This document shows positions 25,221-31,462 of a DNA stretch of 37,824 bases, in pieces (the stretch's first letter is position 1; every line of letters starts with the position of its first letter). The stretch is taken from the NCBI GenBank assembly GCA_041666065.1, contig JBAYHQ010000002.1:1-37824 (forward strand), given 5' to 3'. The stretch is from Minisyncoccota bacterium (lineage in GTDB: Bacteria; Patescibacteriota; Minisyncoccia; Phycocordibacterales; Phycocordibacteraceae). The translations under genes were made by a program, and so were the position numbers. The notes below the pieces were generated by a model, which was given only the letters and a program-made list of their open reading frames with translations, searched no databases and was not told where the DNA came from.

Positions 25221-25775
25221 ATGACTAGAACACATTGGATCATCGTTGCTGTCGTGGCGCTTATCGTGCTGTGGGGCTTCTCCTCGTATAACGGCTTTGT
25301 CTCGCTCAACGAGCAGATAAACGGCCAGTGGGCGCAGGTGGAGTCGCAGTACCAGCGCCGTCTGGACCTCATTCCGAACCTCGTCTCCTCGGTGCAGGGA
25401 GCGATGAAGCAGGAGCAGAAGGTCTTCGGCGATCTTGCTGAGGCTCGCACCCGCTACGCCGGTGCAGGAAGCGTGAATGATAAGGCGGCCGCGGCGACCC
25501 AGATTGAAGGTGCGCTTTCGCGCCTCCTTGTGGTGATGGAGAACTATCCGCAACTCAAGTCCTCGGAAGCGGTGCAGACGCTTATGTCTCAGCTTGAAGG
25601 CACAGAGAATCGCGTGAGTGTGGAGCGTCAGCGCTTCAACGACGCTGTCCGCGTGTACGATACGAAGGTGAAGACCGTCCCGTCGGCATTCATCGCGAAG
25701 ATCTTCGGATTTGAGGCCCGCAACTACTTTGAAGCGGCGCAGGGCGCAGAAGTCGCTCCGAAAGTGAATCTCTAG
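25221..25775 (+). CDS. LemA family protein
   Basis: N-terminal TM followed by LemA-like sequence (YNGFVSLNEQINGQWAQVESQYQRRLDLIPNLV ... NYPQLKS). Confidence 0.85.
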   Translation: MTRTHWIIVAVVALIVLWGFSSYNGFVSLNEQINGQWAQVESQYQRRLDLIPNLVSSVQGAMKQEQKVFGDLAEARTRYAGAGSVNDKAAAATQIEGALSRLLVVMENYPQLKSSEAVQTLMSQLEGTENRVSVERQRFNDAVRVYDTKVKTVPSAFIAKIFGFEARNYFEAAQGAEVAPKVNL

Positions 25776-25781
25776 TCCGTA

Positions 25782-25808
25782 AAACCGCCCGCATGAAGCG
25801 GGCGGTTT
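25782..25808 (+). terminator. Stem-loop between lemA and the TPM gene (terminator, attenuator or stabiliser; only a T3 tail)
   Basis: AAACCGCCCGC atgaa GCGGGCGGTTT. It ends 9 nt before the TPM ATG, which has no SD and no own -10 box. Confidence 0.5.
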
Positions 25809-25816
25809 GATTCACT

Positions 25817-26704
25817 ATGAAAAAGCTCCTACTGATAGCATTCTTGATGCTCGCGATGCCACTTACGGTATATGCGTACGCAAGCCCCGGAAAACCGGCC
25901 GGATTCGTGAACGACTTCGCGAGCGTACTCTCTGCCGAGCAGAAAGCCTCGCTTGAGCAGATACTCGCAGAGAATCAGAAGGCAACAGGGAATGAGATCG
26001 TGGTGGTCACCGTGCAGTCGCTCGGAGGCGACACGATAGAGAATTACGCGGTACAACTCTTCAAAGAGTGGGGGATAGGGAAGAAGGGCACAGACACTGG
26101 CGCGCTCCTGCTTGTAGCTCTAGAGGACCGCACGATGCGTATTGAAGTGGGGTACGGTCTTGAACCGACCCTCACCGACGCCATCTCTTCGCGCATCATC
26201 CGCAACACCATCACGCCGCAGTTCAAGGCAGGCAAGTACTACGAAGGCATAGCTGGCGGCGTAGAACAAATGATAGCGGCGACGAAGGGCGAGGCGCTCG
26301 CTCCTGCTCCGAAGGACGTCTCTCCTTGGCCGGAAAGGCTTGAGGCGTATGTCTTCTTCGTCTGGGTCGGTTTTGCACTGTTGCAGTGGATATTGAGCAT
26401 GCTTGCGCGGTCTAGGTCGTGGTGGGCAGGCGGCGTGGTGGGCGGTGCACTAGGACTCCTGACCATAGTATTCACGACGCTCGCCGCTGGTCTCGTCGTC
26501 GCGGCGATCTTCGTCCCGCTCGGACTTCTCCTTGATTTCTTCGTCTCGCGAGAATACACGAAGAGTAGCGAGACGGGTCGTACACCGCACTGGTGGGCGG
26601 GCGGGCCGTGGATAGGCGGAGGATTCGGAGGCGGTAGCGGGGGAGGCTTCGGTGGGTTCGGCGGCGGGAGCTCCGGCGGCGGCGGTTCGAGCGGTAACTG
26701 GTAG
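25817..26704 (+). CDS. TPM-domain (YgcG-like) membrane protein with Gly-rich C-terminal tail
   Basis: Signal peptide, a TPM domain (FVNDFASVLS...EIVVVTV...GALLLVALEDRTMRIEVGYGLE), TM segments and a GGGFGGG tail. This is the usual genomic partner of LemA. Confidence 0.85.
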   Translation: MKKLLLIAFLMLAMPLTVYAYASPGKPAGFVNDFASVLSAEQKASLEQILAENQKATGNEIVVVTVQSLGGDTIENYAVQLFKEWGIGKKGTDTGALLLVALEDRTMRIEVGYGLEPTLTDAISSRIIRNTITPQFKAGKYYEGIAGGVEQMIAATKGEALAPAPKDVSPWPERLEAYVFFVWVGFALLQWILSMLARSRSWWAGGVVGGALGLLTIVFTTLAAGLVVAAIFVPLGLLLDFFVSREYTKSSETGRTPHWWAGGPWIGGGFGGGSGGGFGGFGGGSSGGGGSSGNW

Positions 26705-26705
26705 C

Positions 26706-26714
26706 TGGTATACT
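26706..26714 (+). promoter_or_regulatory. Extended -10 TGGTATACT, 6 nt upstream of the GGDEF ATG (26721)
   Basis: The sequence is agcTGGTATACTgtggctATG, starting 2 nt after the TPM gene stop. Confidence 0.6.
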
Positions 26715-26720
26715 GTGGCT

Positions 26721-27536
26721 ATGGTAGAGAAACTACGAAGGCTGGGGGGCTCTCCTAAAGAGCGTGTGCCGGCGCAGGCGGAGAAACTGCGGGATGGTGA
26801 ATCGGTCTCCGATTTCATGCGGGGTCTCGTGGAGGACCTCGGCAAGCTTCGCCGTAAGCAGGCGAGTATCCGCGGGGATGAACATCGTTCGGAGTCAGAG
26901 CGTGAGAGCGAGATGAAAGAGGTGGATGCGGACATGATCATGGTTGAACGAGAGCTTGAGAGAGCTTCAGCGCAGATGAAGCTCTTGGAGTCGCACGCCA
27001 CGTTTGACGCACTCACGGACCTGCCGAATAAGCGAGCCTTTGCGGAGCGCCTGCACTCAGAGGTTGGGCACCTCAATCGTCTTGCCGCTCATAGCGTGCA
27101 CGAGAAAGCGCACTTGCTTTTCATAGACCTTGATAATTTCAAGTGGGTAAATGACACCCTAGGGCACGATGTCGGCGATCGTTACCTGCAGATAGCGGCG
27201 AAATATATGCAGAAGGAATTGCGCCGCGACACCGATATGCTCGCGCGCCTCGGCGGCGATGAGTTCACGGCGATCCTCTTCGGAAACAGGACAGAGTCTT
27301 CAAAGGATATTGCGGAAAAGGTGGGGGAGGCAGTACGGAGAGCCTCAGTCGCCGCGAAGAAGGAGTGCCACGAGAAGGGGATAGAGCTCGGCCCAGAAGA
27401 GGGGAATATCTCGGCAAGCATAGGACTCGTCGCATTCCGCGAAAACGAATTGCCTGAGTCTCTGGTAAAACGAGCTGACGCGGCGATGTACGAAGCAAAA
27501 CGCCTAGGCAGGAATCGGGTCGTGGTCGCGGAGTAA
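26721..27536 (+). CDS. Diguanylate cyclase (GGDEF domain) with N-terminal charged coiled-coil-like region
   Basis: The GGDEF motif is intact (nt 27252-27266), with an RxxD I-site (RDTD, 27225-27236) five residues upstream and DLDNFKWVNDTLGH upstream. The ATG at 26721 lies 6 nt after TGGTATACT. Confidence 0.85.
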   Translation: MVEKLRRLGGSPKERVPAQAEKLRDGESVSDFMRGLVEDLGKLRRKQASIRGDEHRSESERESEMKEVDADMIMVERELERASAQMKLLESHATFDALTDLPNKRAFAERLHSEVGHLNRLAAHSVHEKAHLLFIDLDNFKWVNDTLGHDVGDRYLQIAAKYMQKELRRDTDMLARLGGDEFTAILFGNRTESSKDIAEKVGEAVRRASVAAKKECHEKGIELGPEEGNISASIGLVAFRENELPESLVKRADAAMYEAKRLGRNRVVVAE

Positions 27537-27557
27537 CGGGCGAAAAACAAGTTTTTC

Positions 27558-27566
27558 TGGTATAAA
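27558..27566 (+). promoter_or_regulatory. Extended -10 TGGTATAAA, 9 nt upstream of the tRNA-Ser 5' end
   Basis: The sequence is tcTGGTATAAAggtttacacGGAGACG. Confidence 0.5.
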
Positions 27567-27575
27567 GGTTTACAC

Positions 27576-27660
27576 GGAGACGTCGCATAGCGGTCGAGTG
27601 CGCACGCTTGGAAAGCGTGTAGGCTGAAAGGTCTCGCGAGTTCGAATCTCGCCGTCTCCG
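27576..27660 (+). tRNA. tRNA-Ser, anticodon GGA
   Basis: Acceptor GGAGACG/CGUCUCC, short D-stem, anticodon stem CACGC/GCGUG with loop UU-GGA-AA, long variable arm (type II), T-arm GCGAG-UUCGAAU-CUCGC, discriminator G. CCA is not encoded. Confidence 0.9.
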
Positions 27661-27663
27661 CAG

Positions 27664-27903
27664 TTACAGTTTCGGATAGTTTTTCTTCAGGTATTCAACA
27701 ATATCCTCTGACTCATACATCTCTATGTTCTTGTCGCTGTCTACGAGGTAGGGGACTTGGCGTTTGCCACCACGTGCGACGAGCTCTGCCGCGACCGCAT
27801 CGTCGGCGATATTTCTCTCCTCAAAGGTGATACCGAGCTCCTCGCCGGCAGCGAAGACACGGTGGCAGAACGGGCAGCCGGTTTTTACGTATAGGGTAAG
27901 CAT
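27664..27903 (-). CDS. Glutaredoxin / NrdH-like small redoxin
   Basis: A 79-aa protein with a CPFC active site at the N-terminus and a QVPYL motif. TGGTATGTT lies 8 nt upstream of the ATG. Confidence 0.85.
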   Translation of the reverse strand: MLTLYVKTGCPFCHRVFAAGEELGITFEERNIADDAVAAELVARGGKRQVPYLVDSDKNIEMYESEDIVEYLKKNYPKL

Positions 27904-27911
27904 AGAGACTC

Positions 27912-27920
27912 AACATACCA
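27912..27920 (-). promoter_or_regulatory. Extended -10 TGGTATGTT, 8 nt upstream of the glutaredoxin ATG (27903)
   Basis: The minus strand reads aaTGTGGTATGTTgagtctctATG. Confidence 0.5.
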
Positions 27921-27943
27921 CATTCAGGGAGGGTGGAGGCGTG

Positions 27944-27949
27944 TACAAT
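27944..27949 (+). promoter_or_regulatory. -10 box TACAAT, 6 nt upstream of the DUF192 ATG (27956)
   Basis: The sequence is gcgtgTACAATagacacATG. Confidence 0.55.
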
Positions 27950-27955
27950 AGACAC

Positions 27956-28432
27956 ATGAACCGGTATCTTCTTGCGGGACTCGTCGTGCTTGCCGTAGGC
28001 GTGGCGGCTGGGCTCTATAGGACAGCCGCGCTGGAGGGGCCTCTTGCAGTCTCTTCACCCTCGGTAGCCGAGTTTGGCGGCGTGTCCTTGAGACTAGACT
28101 ATGCGACAACCAGCGAATCCCGCGAGCGCGGGCTTAGCGGCCGAGCGAGCATACCGAGCGACTATGGCATGCTCTTCGTCTTCCCGTCTGACGACCGGTA
28201 TGGCTTCTGGATGAGGGATACGCTCGTGCCGCTGGACATATTCTGGCTGGACAGTAAAGGACAGGTGGTTTCCCTCGCCGAGGATGTACAGCCCTCGTCG
28301 TATCCGAGTGTCTTTTATCCGAGTGAGCCGGCGAGGTATGTCTTAGAGACGTCTGCAGGCTTCGCTTCCGCACACGCAGTCGCGACCGGCACACCGCTTT
28401 TATTGAAAAATTTTCCAACCGTTTTGAAGTAA
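27956..28432 (+). CDS. DUF192-domain protein with N-terminal membrane anchor
   Basis: GLSGR...GMLFVF...GFWMRDTLVPLDIFWLD matches the DUF192 pattern. The ATG at 27956 lies 6 nt after TACAAT. The track extension overlaps the glutaredoxin gene. Confidence 0.8.
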   Translation: MNRYLLAGLVVLAVGVAAGLYRTAALEGPLAVSSPSVAEFGGVSLRLDYATTSESRERGLSGRASIPSDYGMLFVFPSDDRYGFWMRDTLVPLDIFWLDSKGQVVSLAEDVQPSSYPSVFYPSEPARYVLETSAGFASAHAVATGTPLLLKNFPTVLK

Positions 28433-28523
28433 TGCTGTCCACATGGTGTTTACCAAAAGGAGGAGTAAACTTGAGATTAAAGAAGTGAAATTATTTATTC
28501 GTTTTCAATAACTTACCCTGTCC

Positions 28524-30911
28524 ATGTCCAAAGTCGCAAAAGTTTCCGCCCGTGCAAAGACGGCACCGCAAGCCGTCGTCAAGGCAGTGGAAGTGCCGAT
28601 CTCCAAGGAAACGCGACGCTACCGAGAGATGATTCCGCAGATAGAGAAACGTGACGGTCGTCTCGTGCCGTTTGATTTTGATAAGATCGTGAACGCCGTG
28701 TGGAAGGCGATGCTCGCAGCCGATGAAGGAAGTCAGGAAGATGCGGCGCTTGTGGCACACCAAGTCGCCGGTGAGATCGGTCGTTTCGCCAAGAAGTACA
28801 AGAGTTTCCTTCCGACCGTGGAAGGCATGCAGGACTCCATAGAGAAATACCTCATTTTGAACGATTATGTGAAGACGGCGAAGGCGTACATCCTCTACCG
28901 CGACAAGCGCGCACAGCTCCGTGCCGCACATGTGGAAGTGCCTGAACATGTACGCAAACTCGCAGAGGAAAGCAAGAAATATTTTGAGGGCAACGCGCTC
29001 GGCGAGTTCGTGTATCTGCGCACGTATGCGAAGTGGATACCGGAAGAGGGTCGTCGTGAGACGTGGGTGGAGACAGTAGATCGCTACGTGAATTTCATGC
29101 GCGAGAACTTGGGCGACAAGCTTACTGAGAAGGAGTACGCCGAAGTGCGCATGGGTATCTTGAAGCAGGAAGTGATGCCGTCTATGCGGCTCATGCAGTT
29201 CTCAGGTGAGGCGGCGCGCCGGTGCAACACCTGCGCTTACAACTGCACCTTTACGGCACCAACGAAGCTAGAAGATTTCGCGGAGATCATGTACCTCTCC
29301 ATGCAAGGGTGCGGCGTAGGCTTCGCCGTAGAGAGTCAGAACGTGGAGCAGTTCCCGCAAATCATGAAGCAGATCGGGAAGAAGCTTGAGACACACGTCA
29401 TTGACGATTCCAAGGAGGGCTGGTGCGACGCGCTTACACTCGGTGTGAAGACGTGGTACTCAGGCAAGGATATTGATTTTGATTTTGGTGCGATACGCCC
29501 CGCAGGTGCGCGTCTGAAGACTATGGGTGGCAAAGCGTCAGGTCCAGAGCCGCTTCGCTCGCTCCTCGCCTTCGCTCGCGAGCGCATCTTCGCTCGTCAG
29601 GGTCGCCGTCTGCGCGCCATAGACGTGCACGATATTATCTGCAAGATAGGCGAGTGCGTGGTCGCCGGTGGCGTACGCCGCACCGCTATGATCTCGCTCT
29701 CCGATCTAGATGACACCGACATGCGCGACGCTAAGAAAGGTCAGTTCTACATGACCGATCCGCACCGCTCGGTAGCGAACAACTCGGCTGTGTATGAGGC
29801 CCAGCCGACCAACGCCGAGCTGATGGATGAGTGGGTGGCGCTTATGAAGAGCGGTTCGGGAGAGCGCGGCATCTTCAACCGCGGCGCGCTTGGCGAGACT
29901 ATGCCGAAGCGCCGCAAGGACTATTTCAAGACGGTCGGCTTTATCAGCGAGGACGGCGTGGTACGCGGCTCTATCGGCACGAATCCGTGCGCCGAGATCA
30001 TCCTGCAGTCCAAGCAGTTCTGCAACCTCTCCGAGGTCATCGCGCGCGCACACGATACCGAGGCAAGTCTGCTCCGCAAGGCGCGTCTCGCTTCCATACT
30101 CGGTACCTACCAATCAACGCTCACCAAGTTCGGCTATATATCTAAGGAGTGGACCGATCACTGTGCCACAGAGCGCCTTCTCGGTGTCTCGGTGACGGGT
30201 CAGTGGGATTCGCCCGCCGCTCGTCGTCCGGAGGTCTTGCGTAAGATACGCGATATGGCGGTGAAGACGAACAAGGCGTACGCAAAGCGTTTCGGGGTAG
30301 AACAGTCTATGTCGGTCACGGCAGTGAAGCCGTCGGGCACCGTGTCGCAGACCTTTGACTGTGCATCGGGCATCCACCCGCGTCACGCACCATACTATAT
30401 CCGTCGTGTGCGCATCAGTGCGACCGACTCACTCTTCAAGCTCATGCGCGATCAGGGTGTGCCGTACTATCCGGAAGTTGGGCAGTCCATGGAAGAGGCA
30501 AATACCTTCGTGTTGGAATTCCCCGTCAAAGCACCGGATCATTCTAAAGAGGCGCGGTTCAAGGACGATCTCACCGCGCTTGATCAGTTGGAATACTGGA
30601 AACTGGTGAAGCTCAACTACACGGAACACAATCCCTCTGCAACAATATCGGTATCTGAGGATGAATGGATATCGGTCGTGGACTGGGTGCAGAAGAATTG
30701 GAATATCATCGGCGGGCTCTCCTTCCTCCCAAGAAGCAATCACGTGTATCGCCTCGCGCCATACGAGACTATTACTAAGGAGGAGTACGAGGCGCGTATG
30801 TCCCGCTTCCCGAAAGTGGACTACAGCAAGCTCACGGCGTACGAAAGGCAGGACGAATCAGACATGAAGAGGGAACTCGCTTGTGCTGGCGGCACGTGCG
30901 AAATAATGTAA
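28524..30911 (+). CDS. nrdJ: Ribonucleotide reductase, class II (adenosylcobalamin-dependent, RTPR/NrdJ-like) with N-terminal ATP-cone
   Basis: ATP-cone (IEKRDGRLVPFDFDKIV...YILYRDKR), RNR core with IRPAGARLKTMGGKASGPEPL, active-site TNPCAEI, and a C-terminal redox pair CAGGTCEIM. There is no adjacent nrdB-like gene and no glycyl-radical C-terminus. The class assignment rests on my recollection of RTPR-like sequences (YLRTYAKW..EGRRETW). Confidence 0.7.
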   Translation: MSKVAKVSARAKTAPQAVVKAVEVPISKETRRYREMIPQIEKRDGRLVPFDFDKIVNAVWKAMLAADEGSQEDAALVAHQVAGEIGRFAKKYKSFLPTVEGMQDSIEKYLILNDYVKTAKAYILYRDKRAQLRAAHVEVPEHVRKLAEESKKYFEGNALGEFVYLRTYAKWIPEEGRRETWVETVDRYVNFMRENLGDKLTEKEYAEVRMGILKQEVMPSMRLMQFSGEAARRCNTCAYNCTFTAPTKLEDFAEIMYLSMQGCGVGFAVESQNVEQFPQIMKQIGKKLETHVIDDSKEGWCDALTLGVKTWYSGKDIDFDFGAIRPAGARLKTMGGKASGPEPLRSLLAFARERIFARQGRRLRAIDVHDIICKIGECVVAGGVRRTAMISLSDLDDTDMRDAKKGQFYMTDPHRSVANNSAVYEAQPTNAELMDEWVALMKSGSGERGIFNRGALGETMPKRRKDYFKTVGFISEDGVVRGSIGTNPCAEIILQSKQFCNLSEVIARAHDTEASLLRKARLASILGTYQSTLTKFGYISKEWTDHCATERLLGVSVTGQWDSPAARRPEVLRKIRDMAVKTNKAYAKRFGVEQSMSVTAVKPSGTVSQTFDCASGIHPRHAPYYIRRVRISATDSLFKLMRDQGVPYYPEVGQSMEEANTFVLEFPVKAPDHSKEARFKDDLTALDQLEYWKLVKLNYTEHNPSATISVSEDEWISVVDWVQKNWNIIGGLSFLPRSNHVYRLAPYETITKEEYEARMSRFPKVDYSKLTAYERQDESDMKRELACAGGTCEIM

Positions 30912-30924
30912 ACCGCTGACGGTT

Positions 30925-30968
30925 CGTAATGCAAAAACCCACGCAGGAGCGTGGGTTTTTGCATTACG
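30925..30968. terminator. Symmetric bidirectional terminator shared by nrdJ (+) and rnpB (-)
   Basis: A 20-bp stem CGTAATGCAAAAACCCACGC agga GCGTGGGTTTTTGCATTACG. The GC-rich inner stem is followed by T5 on both strands, and the stem ends 1-2 nt from the rnpB 3' end. Confidence 0.85.
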
Positions 30969-30969
30969 T

Positions 30970-31352
30970 GAGACTAGGCCGATAAGCCGAATTCTGTCGT
31001 GGACAATCATTTATCTGGGCCGGTAATTACTCACCGGCTCAAGCGGCACTCCGACAACGCTTCGCGTTGCGATATTTAAACATTTAAATATCGGCGCTTT
31101 GCGTCGCTGGCACGGCCTTGCATGCGGGTAAGGATTTGTTCGTTGCATTCCTGCCTTACGACAGGCCTATTCCACGGGGGAATCCGCGGCCTTTCGGCGT
31201 TGGCGTTTCTGTGGTCACCTCTATCCTCGCGGACGACGGGCGTTACCCGCTACCTATTTCCCACCTTGCGGTAGAAGCATGTTCGGACTTTCCTCCCTCG
31301 TCACGCCAGAGCCTTGCGGCAGCGGACAAGAGCGATTGTCTAGCCTAGTCTC
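30970..31352 (-). ncRNA. rnpB: RNase P RNA, bacterial type A
   Basis: The minus-strand sequence contains the universal GGGAGGAAAGUCCG (P4 5' strand). Its 3' region GCCGCUUGAGCCGGUGAGUAAUUACCGGCCCAGAUAAAUGAUUGUCCACGACAGAAUUCGGCUUAUCGGCCUAGUCUC is nearly collinear with E. coli M1 RNA. P1 pairs GAGACUAGGC (5') with GCCUAGUCUC (3'). A perfect extended -10 box lies just upstream. The ends are accurate to within a few nt. Confidence 0.9.
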
Positions 31353-31357
31353 CTCCC

Positions 31358-31366
31358 ATTATACCA
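31358..31366 (-). promoter_or_regulatory. Consensus extended -10 TGGTATAAT for rnpB
   Basis: The minus strand reads attgTGGTATAATgggagGAGACUAGGC. The box ends 5-6 nt before the first P1 nucleotide. Confidence 0.7.
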
Positions 31367-31422
31367 CAATTAAGGCCTTTAAGCACTGTGGACGAGATTC
31401 CTCGCGCGACAGAGCGCTAAGG

Positions 31423-31428
31423 TATACT
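31423..31428 (+). promoter_or_regulatory. Candidate -10 box TATACT for the membrane/TPR gene (alternative: TAGAAA at 31449-31454, 8 nt before the ATG at 31463)
   Basis: Both hexamers fit TANNNT, and I cannot decide between them from sequence alone. Confidence 0.35.
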
Positions 31429-31462
31429 GAAACATATTACTATCAATGTAGAAAAAATAATC

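Noticed and set aside
26450-27076. 208-aa minus-strand ORF spanning the TPM/GGDEF junction
   Set aside because: It is antisense to two recognisable genes and their promoter, and its low-complexity Ser/Arg/Ala composition argues against coding.
27542-27557. GAAAAAC aa GTTTTTC hairpin after the GGDEF gene as a terminator
   Set aside because: It is a 7-bp all-A/T-dominated stem with a 2-nt loop, too weak to call. Transcription may simply run into the tRNA-Ser promoter region.
28433-28523. Looked for NrdR boxes or a cobalamin riboswitch upstream of nrdJ
   Set aside because: The region is only 91 nt, too short for a B12 riboswitch. The CCACATGGTGT segment (28439-28449) is not a true palindrome, does not match my recollection of the NrdR box, and no tandem second box is present.
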